This document shows positions 47,040 through 58,800 of a DNA stretch of 64,000 nucleotides, one piece after another (position 1 is the first letter of the stretch; every line of letters starts with the position of its first letter). This DNA comes from Candidatus Iainarchaeum sp. Its GTDB lineage: Archaea > Iainarchaeota > Iainarchaeia > Iainarchaeales > JAFGBZ01. The translations under genes were made by a program, and so were the position numbers. The notes beneath the pieces were generated by a model. It was not told the origin of the DNA and ran no database searches. It was given only the letters and a program-made list of their open reading frames with translations. The DNA lies in NCBI GenBank assembly GCA_043817715.1, contig JBDRGO010000007.1:15499-79498 (forward strand), read 5' to 3'.

Positions 47040-48269
47040 TTACTTTCCGTCTAAAGGTACTTCTTCTCCAGTTGATTCTGGTTCTTTTAATTTACCTGCA
47101 TCTGCTTTTAATGCATCAGCTTTATCGGTTTTTTCCCAGGTAAAATCAGGATCATTCCTTCCAAAGTGGCCATATGCAGCGGTTTTTTGATAAATTGGTC
47201 TCAATAAATCCAAATGCTTAACTATTTCAGCTGGTTTTAAACCAAAGTGTTTTCTTACAAGTTCCTCAATTTTTTCTTCTGCAACTCTGTTTGTTCCAAA
47301 AGAATGAACCATTACACTTACTGGATCAGCAACACCAATTGCATAAGCTAATTGCACTTCACATTTATCCGCTAAACCCGCAGCAACAACATTCTTCGCA
47401 ATATATCTTGCCATATAAGTTGCACTTCTATCAACCTTTGAAGGGTCTTTTCCTGAAAAGCATCCTCCTCCATGAGAACCATGCCCTCCATAAGTATCAA
47501 CAATTATTTTCCTTCCAGTTAAACCTGAATCAGCTACTGGCCCGCCAACAACAAATCTTCCAGTTGGATTAACAAAGAATTTTGTTTTATCATCAATCCA
47601 ATCACCACAAACTGGTTTAATTACTTTTTCAATTACATCTTTTCGTAATTCCTCTAAAGAAATTTTATCTGAATGATGCGCTGAAACAACAATTGCATCT
47701 GCTCTAACTGGTTTTCCTCCTTGATACTCAATTGTTACCTGTGATTTTCCATCAGGACGCAAATAATCCAATTCTTTTTTCTTTCGAACATCAGTTAATT
47801 TCATTGTTAATTTATGCGCTAACATAATTGGCAAAGGCATTAATTCAGGAGTTTCATTTGAAGCATAACCAAACATCATTCCCTGATCTCCTGCCCCCTG
47901 TTCTTCTCCTGCTTTTCCTTCAGCACCTAAAGCATTAACTCCTTGAGCAATATCAGGGCTTTGTTCTGACAAAGCAACAATAACACCGCAGCCATCAGCA
48001 TCAAAACCAAATTCAGGGTCATCATAACCAATTCCACGAATTGTTTCACGAACAACTTTCTGAATATCAATATATGTTGAAGTAGTTACTTCACCAGTAA
48101 CAAAAATAATTCCTGTTTTAGTAACACATTCAATTCCAGACCTTGCTTTAGGATCATCCTTAAGCATTGCATCTAAAAGAGCGTCACTTACTTGGTCGCA
48201 AACTTTGTCTGGGTGACCAGGGGTTACACTCTCACTAGTAAAATAATATTTTCCATTTTTTTTAACCAT
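47040..48269 (-). CDS. metK: S-adenosylmethionine synthetase (bacterial/eukaryotic MetK type)
   Basis: [28 protein letters not shown]-terminus and whole-length collinearity with MetK; extra C-terminal tail of about 30 aa. Confidence 0.9.
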   Translation of the reverse strand: MVKKNGKYYFTSESVTPGHPDKVCDQVSDALLDAMLKDDPKARSGIECVTKTGIIFVTGEVTTSTYIDIQKVVRETIRGIGYDDPEFGFDADGCGVIVALSEQSPDIAQGVNALGAEGKAGEEQGAGDQGMMFGYASNETPELMPLPIMLAHKLTMKLTDVRKKKELDYLRPDGKSQVTIEYQGGKPVRADAIVVSAHHSDKISLEELRKDVIEKVIKPVCGDWIDDKTKFFVNPTGRFVVGGPVADSGLTGRKIIVDTYGGHGSHGGGCFSGKDPSKVDRSATYMARYIAKNVVAAGLADKCEVQLAYAIGVADPVSVMVHSFGTNRVAEEKIEELVRKHFGLKPAEIVKHLDLLRPIYQKTAAYGHFGRNDPDFTWEKTDKADALKADAGKLKEPESTGEEVPLDGK

Positions 48270-48360
48270 TCAATCAACTCCTAAAAAAGAAAATAAAAGA
48301 ACATAAGGTTTAAGAATATTTCTTTAATTAAAATATTCAAATAAGAATAATGGTTTTTGT

Positions 48361-48921
48361 ATGCTTCCAGAATTAAGTGAAATTAAAAGCAAAAGAAAAG
48401 AATTAGATTTAACTCAAAATGATTTAAGTGAATTAAGCAAAGTTTCACAATCGCTTATTGCTAAAATTGAAAACAAACAAGTAATTCCTTCTTATGATAA
48501 TGCAAAAAAATTATTTGATGTATTATTCGGAAATGAAAAAGAATTAACTGCAAAAGAATTAATGAGCAAAAAAATTGTTTCAATTGATTCAGAAAAAACT
48601 TTATTGAATGTAATTGAATTAATGGAAAAAAAATCTGTTTCTCAATTGCCTGTGATTGAGTCAGGAAAAAGCATTGGTTCAATTACTGAAAGAAATGCAT
48701 TTGATTTAATTCAAGAAAGCATTAAACCAGAAAAAATTCTTGAAAAAAAAGTTAAAACAGTAATGGATAAACCTTTTCCTGAACTTTCAATAAATTCAGG
48801 AATTGAAAGAATTTCAAATGCATTAAGAAACAGCCCAGCAGTATTAATTATAAATGAGAATAAAGTAACAGGAATAATAAGCAAAAGCGATTTAATGAAA
48901 AGGATTACTGGAAGGAAATGA
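48361..48921 (+). CDS. HTH (XRE-type) transcriptional regulator with tandem CBS domains
   Basis: N-terminal LDLTQNDLSELSKVSQSLIAKIENKQ HTH; two CBS-like segments (ELMSKKIVSID... and VMDKPFPELSIN...). Confidence 0.7.
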   Translation: MLPELSEIKSKRKELDLTQNDLSELSKVSQSLIAKIENKQVIPSYDNAKKLFDVLFGNEKELTAKELMSKKIVSIDSEKTLLNVIELMEKKSVSQLPVIESGKSIGSITERNAFDLIQESIKPEKILEKKVKTVMDKPFPELSINSGIERISNALRNSPAVLIINENKVTGIISKSDLMKRITGRK

Positions 48922-49018
48922 AAAAAAACAAAAAAATAAGATTAAAAGAAGAGCCAAAATTAATCTGAAAACAATTAAAGTAAAAAAAGGATTAAAATAA
49001 TTAAAGCAGAGGGAAAAA

Positions 49019-49615
49019 ATGGGCGGGCGGCATAAACCTGGCAACAGAAAACGGCCTGAAAAAAGCGGCAATACATACAAACTAGGCTGCAGACGAGATA
49101 GAAAAAAAAGACAAGAAAATTACAGAAACGGAAATTACACTGGCAGTATAACAGGTTTTGCCGAAAAGATTTCTCGCGTTGAGTTTGATAGAATCCAAGA
49201 GACAAGGGGAAGAATAAAAAAAAGAAGGAATTCTCTAATTCCGGCTTATATTAAAGAACCAAAGTATAACAACCTGATAGATTTGATTTCAGCCGAAAGA
49301 GAAAGGCTGAAAATTGAAATCAGGTATCTGAAAAGAAGGGGCGATGTAAAAAAGCATGTCGGACTGTTTAGCAAGGGTCCAACCCCTAATGCCTACGGAT
49401 CGGTTCTGAACAGCATGAAAACAAGAAAAAGAGAAATAAATGAAATATGTAAACCGCTTGAAGCGATTGAAAAAGAATTTACTCAACTCCAAAAACAACA
49501 AACTGCAGTAACTGAGAATAAAAAAAATGAGTGGGTAGAAAAAATAGTGTTTGCAATAAGGGAATTGGACAGCTATCTAAATAAATATTTTCCAAGCATA
49601 AAAATAGAGAGATAA
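49019..49615 (+). CDS. Hypothetical basic protein
   Basis: 198 aa, very K/R-rich. Confidence 0.3.
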   Translation: MGGRHKPGNRKRPEKSGNTYKLGCRRDRKKRQENYRNGNYTGSITGFAEKISRVEFDRIQETRGRIKKRRNSLIPAYIKEPKYNNLIDLISAERERLKIEIRYLKRRGDVKKHVGLFSKGPTPNAYGSVLNSMKTRKREINEICKPLEAIEKEFTQLQKQQTAVTENKKNEWVEKIVFAIRELDSYLNKYFPSIKIER

Positions 49616-49703
49616 ACAAGAGAAACCTAACCAATCCAACACATTTATAAACTTTCAGTGAGCAATACATTACTATCAAGTAGTAACTTTTACACGGGGG
49701 TTA

Positions 49704-52154
49704 ATGAACATGAATAATTGGTTAAAGTCAGGAATTTTTTTATTTTTATTAATTTTATTCAGCGCAGGCGTTTTTTCTGACCCTATTATTTATGCATTCA
49801 GTCCGGAAAACGGCTCTTATTATGAGGTAGGAGAATTGGTTAATTTTAAGGCATATGTTGCCGACCAAAAGTATGGTAATGGACAGGCCGCTTTTGCAAA
49901 AAACTGCGGTTATCCAAATAATCCGACAAATGAATGCTTTACCTGGTTTTCAAGCCTGGATGGCTTTTTAGGTTATGGAGTTGGCATTAACAAAGATTTA
50001 ACCGAAGGAACCCATACAATTACTTTTACTGCAACAAATCCAGATAATGAATCAACCAGCATGCAGATTCTTATTTTCGTAGGAATTAACCCCTATAATT
50101 ATCCTCCTTCAATTAATCTCCCAACAACATGGGAAATTGATGAAAGCAAGGAATTTGAAACACTTGATTTATGGCAGTATGCAAATGATGCAGATGATGA
50201 CGATGATGATTTGGATTTCTGGATTGTAAGCGAAAGCAATACCAATACAGTGAACTGCCATATTCAATCAGGCAGATATCTTAAATGCTATCCTTACAAT
50301 GAAGGATTTAGTTATGTCAAAGTAAGGGTTGAAGACCCTGAAGGATTTTATGCTGAAGACACAGTTAAAATTGTTGTCAGTGATTCATTTTCAGGAACTA
50401 ATCTGGAATTAGTGCTTCCTGCAGAATGGGAAATGGACAAAGATGATTCAATCCAGTCAATTGATTTATGGGATTACACTGATTTTGACGGAGATTATGA
50501 TGATTTAGATTATGAAATTGACAGCGAAACAAATACAGCAGTTGCTGACTGCTATATTTCAGGAAAATACCTGAAATGCAATCCAAAGAAAAAAGGAACA
50601 AGCACAGTTTATGTTGATGTATCAGGAGACGGAGAAACTGATTCAGATTACGTGAAAATAACAGTTATAGACCAGGGAACTGGTTCAGGGAATTTGGAAT
50701 TAATCCTTCCAGAAGAATGGGAAATTTATGAAAATGAGCAGACTGATTCAATTGATTTATTGGATTACACTTATTATGACGGAGACGAAGCTGACTTGGA
50801 TTATGAAATCACAAGCGAATCAGGCACCTCAATAGTGGACTGCTATATTTCAGGAACTTACCTTAAATGCAATCCAAAGAAAAAAGGAACAAGCAAAGTT
50901 TATGTAAAAGTTGATGATGGATATGAAACAGATTCAGATTATGTGAATGTAACTGTGATTGACGGCGGAACAAGCACCACAGGATGCAGTAACCTTGAAA
51001 TCAATACTTTTACAGTTTCATTAAATGAAGGGACTTATAAAATTTCTGAATTTGAACTGAAAAACAATTCAGGCAAAAAATTCTTTATTGATTCCATGGA
51101 AGCATATGATAGTTCAAGCTATTTTGATACAGCCAAATACAGCGCTCCGGATTATGTCAATGGAAACAATAAAGCCAAATTCAAAGTTAAAATTGAATCA
51201 AACGAAGTTTCAGGAAACAAAACAGGAACAGCTTATGTAAAGGTAAAAGGCCATTTTTCAGGGCAAAACTCATGCACTAAAACAGAAAGCTTTACAGTAA
51301 AAATAAATGATTTAGGCAGTTCAAATGGAAACAATGACTTTGATAATAACTTTAATTATAATTATGAATGGGACAGTTCATCAGTTGTTTTAGTAAGCCC
51401 GAAATCACTTGTATTAAATAAAGGGGAATCAGAAGGAGTTTCAATGCTTGTAAGGAATTTGACTGATTCAACCCAATGCTATGAAATAAGCTTTAATTCA
51501 GGCACAAAATACATTAAAACAGAAATTCAGGATATTGATGAATTCTGTTTGGATGAAGCAGAATACACTGAATTAAAATTAAGGGTTTTGGCTGAAACAG
51601 ATGCAGTGCCAGGATATTATTCCCCTACAATTGAGACAAAGTATCACGGAAAAACCGACAGGCAGTCAATCAGTGTTAAGGTTACAGCAGACAAGGCTCC
51701 CGCAGCAAAAGAAGAAGTTCTTTCATTAAGCGGGTTTACTTCAGAAATTGAATCATTTGAAGATGAAACAGAACTGGAATTCACTGTTGAAAACAAATCA
51801 GACGAAACAATTAATGATGTATTGATTTCAATTGAAGGCCTGCCTGAAAATGCAAGATTTGAACCAGTATTGATTTCATTCATCGGCGCAAAAAACGCAA
51901 GAACAGTTAAAGGAAAACTTTTACTGAAAGATGTTGCAGCAGGGGAATACAAAACAGTAATTAAAGTCCAGTCAGGAAATGAAATGACTGCAAAAGAAAT
52001 GGCATTAAAAGTGACAGAAAAAGCACAAGAAGAAAATGGCTTTATTTCAGGATTAATTGGATTAGGCTCAACAGCAGGAATAATCATTGGATTCATTATT
52101 CTGCTGGTTTTGGCAGTGGCAATAATTTATTATGCAATAAAACCACATAACTAG
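49704..52154 (+). CDS. Secreted surface protein with three ~100-aa acidic repeats and a C-terminal GL-x-GL-S + TM anchor
   Basis: Signal peptide; repeats LEL(V/I)LP(A/E)EWE...DLWDYTD...DLDYEI.SE...CYISG.YLKCNPKKKGTS.VYV; C-terminus GFISGLIGLGSTAGIIIGFIILLVLAVAIIYYAIKPHN. Confidence 0.55.
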   Translation: MNMNNWLKSGIFLFLLILFSAGVFSDPIIYAFSPENGSYYEVGELVNFKAYVADQKYGNGQAAFAKNCGYPNNPTNECFTWFSSLDGFLGYGVGINKDLTEGTHTITFTATNPDNESTSMQILIFVGINPYNYPPSINLPTTWEIDESKEFETLDLWQYANDADDDDDDLDFWIVSESNTNTVNCHIQSGRYLKCYPYNEGFSYVKVRVEDPEGFYAEDTVKIVVSDSFSGTNLELVLPAEWEMDKDDSIQSIDLWDYTDFDGDYDDLDYEIDSETNTAVADCYISGKYLKCNPKKKGTSTVYVDVSGDGETDSDYVKITVIDQGTGSGNLELILPEEWEIYENEQTDSIDLLDYTYYDGDEADLDYEITSESGTSIVDCYISGTYLKCNPKKKGTSKVYVKVDDGYETDSDYVNVTVIDGGTSTTGCSNLEINTFTVSLNEGTYKISEFELKNNSGKKFFIDSMEAYDSSSYFDTAKYSAPDYVNGNNKAKFKVKIESNEVSGNKTGTAYVKVKGHFSGQNSCTKTESFTVKINDLGSSNGNNDFDNNFNYNYEWDSSSVVLVSPKSLVLNKGESEGVSMLVRNLTDSTQCYEISFNSGTKYIKTEIQDIDEFCLDEAEYTELKLRVLAETDAVPGYYSPTIETKYHGKTDRQSISVKVTADKAPAAKEEVLSLSGFTSEIESFEDETELEFTVENKSDETINDVLISIEGLPENARFEPVLISFIGAKNARTVKGKLLLKDVAAGEYKTVIKVQSGNEMTAKEMALKVTEKAQEENGFISGLIGLGSTAGIIIGFIILLVLAVAIIYYAIKPHN

Positions 52155-52218
52155 GAAATTAAACAATCAAATAAATTTAAATATTCCAAAACAGTGTATA
52201 TCACTAAAGGGATGAAAA

Positions 52219-52908
52219 ATGGGCTATATTAAAGATAGAAGGTTAAGTCCGAATATAACAAAAAAACTAAGGGAAACCCATCAGGATTTTTCTAAACCAC
52301 ACCAAATAAACGGAAAATACCATTTAACACTCAGAGACAATCTCTCATTTACTCCAAGATTCGAGATAACTGATAGAACAGGAGTAAAACACATGGGAAG
52401 GGATATCGGGCATTTTACAAGAGGGCATGGAATGATTCCAGACCATTTAGTGGAGAAACTGTTTTTGCCTTCCTTAATGCATGTCGAAGAATATGAAAGA
52501 AGAATATTTAAAGGCGGATTGTTTGAGGAATACAAAAAACACCAAATAGATAAGTTTGAAAGCATTATTGGAAAAGAAGAAAAAGCAGAAATAGGCGGGC
52601 TAAAAAATCCAGCACACATTGAGGTCATTGCAAGCCCGGAAGTTGCAAGAAAAATGATTGAGGCAGGCTATGTTTTAAGCAGGACAACATACAACAGAAT
52701 AATGCCGGAAGCAAGAAGAATGACCAGAGGAAAAACACCTTCAATAAAGCAGTCACGTAAAGCATTAAAAAAACTTTTACAAATCCCAAAAAAGCCAACA
52801 AAAAAAGGAAAACCAATAAAGCGCTTAATTGAAGGAATAAAAAGAAGCCTAGGTCCAGACAGGGAAACCCCTGAACTGGTTTTACTCAAACCAGTAAGCC
52901 CTAAATAA
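52219..52908 (+). CDS. Hypothetical basic protein
   Basis: 229-aa ORF embedded in the surface-protein cluster. Confidence 0.3.
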   Translation: MGYIKDRRLSPNITKKLRETHQDFSKPHQINGKYHLTLRDNLSFTPRFEITDRTGVKHMGRDIGHFTRGHGMIPDHLVEKLFLPSLMHVEEYERRIFKGGLFEEYKKHQIDKFESIIGKEEKAEIGGLKNPAHIEVIASPEVARKMIEAGYVLSRTTYNRIMPEARRMTRGKTPSIKQSRKALKKLLQIPKKPTKKGKPIKRLIEGIKRSLGPDRETPELVLLKPVSPK

Positions 52909-53012
52909 ATGGCTGATTTACGCCAAGAAGCCTAAATTCTGCCCTCCAAGGCAAAACAATAGCTTTAAATACTTAAACGCATACTATTAATTAGTAGTAA
53001 CACTTTATTATC

Positions 53013-53888
53013 GTGAATAAGTTAACTTTGGGGGATTGGATGCATAAGAATGGATTTTTGTTTGGAATAATTTTTCTTGTTTTGTTTAGCTTAAGCATTT
53101 TTGCATTTAATGTTTCAGGAATTCCTTCTGAAATAGAGTTCAATGAAAAGCCCGAAGTGCTGAGCTTTTATGTTGAAAATAATTCAGGATATGAAAATAA
53201 TTTAAGCATTGAAATTGCTTTTCCCGGAATGATTACTGCTTTAAACGCCCCGAGAAAAATCGGTTCAGGAGAAACAGAAAAAATTGTCTTCAGGCTAAAC
53301 CCTTCGAAGAATTTAATCAGATCGGTTTATTTGGGAAAAATAAAAATCAAGCTCGGAGATTTGGAAACAGAAAGGACAATTAAATTCAGGTTCAATGAAT
53401 TCAAAGGAAAGGCAATTAAGATTTCATTTGAAAAAAATGAAATTAATTTAAATGAATCAAATGAACTGAATGTTATTTTGGAAAACCAATATTTATTGGA
53501 TTCACAGGAAATTGAATTAGTGAAAGTTGAAAATCCGCCTTTCGGATGGAAGTTCAGTTTTGAAAAAACATCATTGGATTCACTGGAACAAAAAACAGTT
53601 CCATTAACAGTCAATGCAACCGGCGCATATTCAGGAACCATTATTCTGGTTTTTGAATCAAACGGAATTCAGGAAAAAAAAGAGCTGAATGTTATTTATG
53701 AACAGAAAGGAAATAATTCAGGAATTTTCGGATTGTTTGTTTTGCCTGAATTGGGCGAAATAAGCATGGGCGATTTATTGATTGATTTTATTTTAATTTT
53801 AATTGTTGCAGTTTTATTGATTTCGTTTATTTCAAAATTAACCCAGTTTCTTTATAGTAGAGATAAAAAAAATGGAGTGAAAAAATGA
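53013..53888 (+). CDS. Secreted/membrane-anchored protein
   Basis: N-terminal signal/TM, beta-rich ectodomain, C-terminal TM; stop overlaps the next start (ATGA). Confidence 0.4.
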   Translation: MNKLTLGDWMHKNGFLFGIIFLVLFSLSIFAFNVSGIPSEIEFNEKPEVLSFYVENNSGYENNLSIEIAFPGMITALNAPRKIGSGETEKIVFRLNPSKNLIRSVYLGKIKIKLGDLETERTIKFRFNEFKGKAIKISFEKNEINLNESNELNVILENQYLLDSQEIELVKVENPPFGWKFSFEKTSLDSLEQKTVPLTVNATGAYSGTIILVFESNGIQEKKELNVIYEQKGNNSGIFGLFVLPELGEISMGDLLIDFILILIVAVLLISFISKLTQFLYSRDKKNGVKK

Positions 53889-55843
53889 ATAAACTAAAAT
53901 TAAAAATGAATAAATTAAGCTTAATTCTGGTTATTGCAGGAGTGCTTTTAATTGTTCTTTCAGCAGGAGCCAATGCAGAATGCAATGGAACATGCGATTT
54001 AGTTAATTACATTTATGATTCAGACATAATCATTTCAGCCGAAGAAACAAGTTTGGGCTTAATGCCTGAAGGCGTAATTTCAACATTAATTTCAGTTAAA
54101 AATTCAGGAAATGAAATCAAATGCATGAAATTGTTTGCCGACCCGAATTATGTTGGATTGAAGGCAGTTTTGGCTGAAACAGATATTTGCGTTGCACCGA
54201 ACCAGGCAAGAACTTTCTCGCTTACAGTTACCGCACCAAAAGAAATTCCTTCCTATCCTGTAATTCATACAGTAAAGATTTTCGCAATGCAGGAAAGCAA
54301 GGTAATTGCAGAAAAAAAAGTATTAGTTGACATTGACGGAGACAAATGCTTTTCATTAAAACAAAGCTATTATAAGCCAGTTTTTGAATTAAACGGATAT
54401 TCTAAAGAAATTCCTTTTACAATCAAAAATTTATGCGAAAAAACACTTCGCCTGGAATTAAGCGCAGACAATGAAATGTTCATGCCTGAATTTGAAGAAA
54501 ATGAAATGATTCTGAACAGAAGCGAAACAAGAAGGACAAATTTAGTTATTCATATCAACGGCACAACTCCAGCAGGGGATTATGAAGCAATGGTTTACGG
54601 AAAAAGCAAGGACAGAAAAGTGCAGAGATATGCAAATTTTTCATTAACTGAAAACTTTCATAAAAAACAATTGAAAATTGAAGTATTGGATGAATTCACT
54701 GAAATGAAAAGAGGGGAAGAAAAATTAATCCGCTTTAAGGCAACAAATTTAATGAATGAAAAGCAGAAGATTTTCTTTATGGCAAATTTAACATTAGGAT
54801 ATGAATTTTTGCAGGAAAGCCATGAATTTGAAGCAAATGAATCACAGGTGTTTTACTTAAAAGTAAAGGCAAAGGAATTCAATGAAAACAAGCAGTACAA
54901 GGGAATATTATACGCTTACAACAGAAACGGGGAACAGGACGAAGATGATTTCTTTGTTGAAATAAATGCAGAGCATGATGTAACTGCAGAATTGCTTGAA
55001 GGAAATGCAAAGGCATTGATTTGTGCAATAAATGAAAAGGCAATTGCGGAACTGCTTGTTTCAAATTACGGGGACTTCAATGAAAAAATCGAGATAAAAA
55101 TAAATAATCCTGATTATAAAACAATTGAAGTCAAAGCAGCAGAAAACAAATTCACACTGGATGAAGACGAAAGCAGAAAAGTATTCATTGCAATTGCGCC
55201 AGGAACCGAAGCAGAATTAGGCGAGCATGAATTCACAGCAACAGTTTATGCATCAGGAAAATTTATAAAAAAATTCACCATTAACTATATTGTTGTTGAA
55301 GAAGAAAACACAGAATTGGAACAAGGAGTAATCCAGATAACCGGATTTCCGACAGAAGTTTCACTGGCGCAAGGCGAAGAAAAAGAAATGGTTTTCACCA
55401 TAACCAATACATCAAAAGAAAAAATAAAAGGAATAACTGCAGCAATGAAAGGACTGGGTTATGGAACCACTGCATCAGAAGAAAAAATTTCACTTGCAGC
55501 AGGGGAAACAAAGACAGTTAAACTGAATTTAAAGGCGGAAAAAAACGCCAAAATAATTTCATTCAATGCAGTAATTGAAATCAAATCAGATGAATTCATT
55601 GATTCAAAACCGGTTAAAGTAATTGTCCTTTCAAAAAAAGAAACCAAAGAAGAAGGCAATGAAGGCGCATTGGAAACAGCAATAGCCGGATTAATCGGGT
55701 TAGGAAGCTCCCTAGGCGGAGGGCTAATGATTTTAATATTAATCATAGCAATAATACTTATTATTTCACTACTTAAAAGTGATGAAACAAAATCAAACAA
55801 CAGGTGGATTGCCTATAAAAAAAGGAGAGGAATGTATGCATAA
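53885..55843 (+). CDS. Secreted surface protein with C-terminal GL-x-GL-S + TM anchor
   Basis: Signal peptide; Ig-like beta-rich modules; C-terminus AIAGLIGLGSSLGGGLMILILIIAIILIISLLKSDETKSNNRWIAYKKRRG. Confidence 0.5.
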   Translation: MNKLKLKMNKLSLILVIAGVLLIVLSAGANAECNGTCDLVNYIYDSDIIISAEETSLGLMPEGVISTLISVKNSGNEIKCMKLFADPNYVGLKAVLAETDICVAPNQARTFSLTVTAPKEIPSYPVIHTVKIFAMQESKVIAEKKVLVDIDGDKCFSLKQSYYKPVFELNGYSKEIPFTIKNLCEKTLRLELSADNEMFMPEFEENEMILNRSETRRTNLVIHINGTTPAGDYEAMVYGKSKDRKVQRYANFSLTENFHKKQLKIEVLDEFTEMKRGEEKLIRFKATNLMNEKQKIFFMANLTLGYEFLQESHEFEANESQVFYLKVKAKEFNENKQYKGILYAYNRNGEQDEDDFFVEINAEHDVTAELLEGNAKALICAINEKAIAELLVSNYGDFNEKIEIKINNPDYKTIEVKAAENKFTLDEDESRKVFIAIAPGTEAELGEHEFTATVYASGKFIKKFTINYIVVEEENTELEQGVIQITGFPTEVSLAQGEEKEMVFTITNTSKEKIKGITAAMKGLGYGTTASEEKISLAAGETKTVKLNLKAEKNAKIISFNAVIEIKSDEFIDSKPVKVIVLSKKETKEEGNEGALETAIAGLIGLGSSLGGGLMILILIIAIILIISLLKSDETKSNNRWIAYKKRRGMYA

Positions 55844-58800
55844 AATAATTGGAATGCTTTTGGTGCTGGCTTTAATTTTTCCGGCAGCATATGCACTGGA
55901 AATAAACGGAAACTGCGATAACAGCATAACTCAATGTGAATTGGGAATAAATGACCTGGAGGTATGCAATAACAGCACCCAAAGGGATTTTTTTAATGTG
56001 ACTCTTTCAGGAGAAGCAGCAAAATGGGTTACTGTCCTGCCCTCAACACTTGAACTTGGACCAGGAGAATGCAGGCAAATACAGACATTCACTGTTTCAG
56101 CATGTTACACTGAGCCAGGAACTTATGGATACACTATAACAGTTTCTGATGGATTCAATGCATCAATTAATTGTGAATTAGAAATTATTCAAGGACATAT
56201 TGTTCCAATTAAAATAATGCCATCTTATCATGAAGCAGCTCAATGTGAAGAAAAAATTTATTCAGTTGAATTAAATAATACTTCAATAATTGATAAACAG
56301 CAAACAGAAGATGTATTTCTTTCATTGCATGGAGAACTTCCAGAAGAATGGGCTCAGTTTTCTGAAACTGAATTAAAAGTAAAAAAAGGAAGTCCTAAAA
56401 CAGTTGAATTAAAAGTTAAATCTCCTTGTAATGCTGAATTCAAAGAATATGATTTCATAGTAAGAGCAGCATTATTTAATCCAAATTTCTTTGATGAAGA
56501 TAATGCAGTATTTGAAGTAAAGCAAGCACAGAACTTAGTAATTTCTTCTGAAAGCAATGCAGCATTAATTGCATGCAAAGAAGAAAAAAGAGAATATTTT
56601 TTGAATTTCAGAAACAATGGAAAATACAATGACGAATATGAATTAAATTTAGATGGACCTGAATGGGTTCAATTAGAAAGAGACACTGTTTCAATTCAAG
56701 CAGGAACATCAAAAGACGTTAAATTGATTTTAAATAAAGCACCAAAAGAAAAAGAAATTTCATTGAAAGTAAAAGCTGTTTCAGAAAAATACAATTATGA
56801 AACAACTAAATTAATTGATGTTAAAGCAATGGATTGCTATAGTTTGAAAGCTGAATTAATTCAAGGAGCAAACACTGCTTGTGCTGAAGTACAAGAAACA
56901 TATGAATTTGAAGTAACTAATACTTCAATTGAAAAAAGAAACATTGAATTAGAAGTAAAAGGTTTAAACGGGGATCTTGAAAAAAATGCTCTTGCATTAG
57001 AAGCAGGAGAAACACAAAAAGTAACCTTCAGACCTGATTTAGAAAATTTACCTGAAGAAGGATATGCAGAAGAATCTGATATAACTTCAATTGAATTCAT
57101 TATGGATACTTCAGGTTCAATGATTGAAAAATTAGGCGGAGAAAAGAAAATAGATATAGCAAAAAGAGAATTAAGAAAATTAATTGAAGACACTGCAAGC
57201 ATTAATGCAGGATTAAGGGTTTTCGGACAGGGAATTTCAGATGACTGCGCTGAAAGCCAGTTAACTTACCCTATTGAAAAATTAAATACTGGAAAAATGA
57301 TACAAAAAATAAATTCACTTTCCCCGCAGGGAAAAACCCCTCTTGCACAGGCATTAAACGCAGGGGCAAATGACTTCACAGAAAAAGGAAACAATGCAAT
57401 AATCCTTGTAAGCGACGGAAAAGAAACATGCAATGGAAACATTGACGAAGCAATCAAAACAGCAAAAGAAAAAGGAGTACGTGTTTACACTGTGGGATTT
57501 GACATTGATGAAGCAGGACAGAAAGAACTGAAAAAAATCGCTTCTGAAACAGGCGGAAAATACTTTGATGCAGTAAATGCAGAAGAACTCGCAGGCTCAT
57601 TAAATGAAATTGCAAGAGAACTGAAAATAGTCAAATCAAAATCATCTGCAGAATCATTCACATTCAAGGCAAAAACAGAATTTGCCGAAGCAAGCAAAAA
57701 AATAAATTTAACAGTAAATGACTGCTTCAATGCAGCACTGTCAATTCCGGAACTTGCATTATGCAAAGGAATTGAAAAAAAGGAATTCTTCAAAATAGCA
57801 AACCTTGGAACAGAAAAACTTGAATTTGAAGTAAGCTCAGTTCCTGAATGGATTAAAGTGGATGAAAAATTCATTAAAACAACTGTTCTGCCTGAAGAAG
57901 AAAAAGAAATTCCTTTCACAGCACTTGCACCAATAAATGCAATTGAATCAGAATATACCATAACAGTGAACTCAGAAAACCAGAAATTAAAGGACACAAA
58001 AGAAATGGTTTACTTAAGCGACGCAAGCTGCATCGGAGTGGATTTAATCACATTAATAGAGGAAATTGATGCAAAAGTATGCGAAGGAAAAGACTACACA
58101 ATTTACATTGAAAATACAGGGCAAACAAATGCAGAAGTAACAGTTTCAAGCAATAAAAGCTGGGTATATGTAATAAATGACAAAATTACATTAACACCAG
58201 GAGAAAGAAAAGAAGTCACTTTCTTTGTAAGCCCCCCATTTGACGTAGGCCCTTACACTGAACTCGTATTCAATGCAAAAACAGACAAAGGATTTGAATC
58301 AAGCGTTTCAATCGGATTAATCAAAACAGGCCAGGACTTTGAAGAAGAAATTGATTTGCAGATAAAAGCAGATAAAAAAATAATCGAAATCACAGACCCA
58401 AAAGAAGGGGCAACAGTTGAATTCGAACTTGAAAACAATTCAAACAGAGTATTGAAAATCAATTCAATCACTTCATTGAAATATGATGCAAAATTCAACC
58501 TGGAAAAAACAAGAATCGCGGCAAAAGAAAGAACAAAAGTATCAATGCAGGTAATAATCCCTGAAGGCGAAGAAGGAACAATTGTTGTTCCATTCAAAAT
58601 TACAACAAACCAAGGAACCTATGTAAGAGACATACCTGTTGAATTCAAAATAACTGAAGCCCCACAAACAGAAGAACAGCCGATTTCAATCGGAAGCGGA
58701 TTGTTTTCACTTGTAGGATTAAGCGGAGTAATCATCGGATTAATACTGTTAATCCTTCTGGCAGTTGGTTCATACTATTATATCAAACAGAAAAAAGAAG

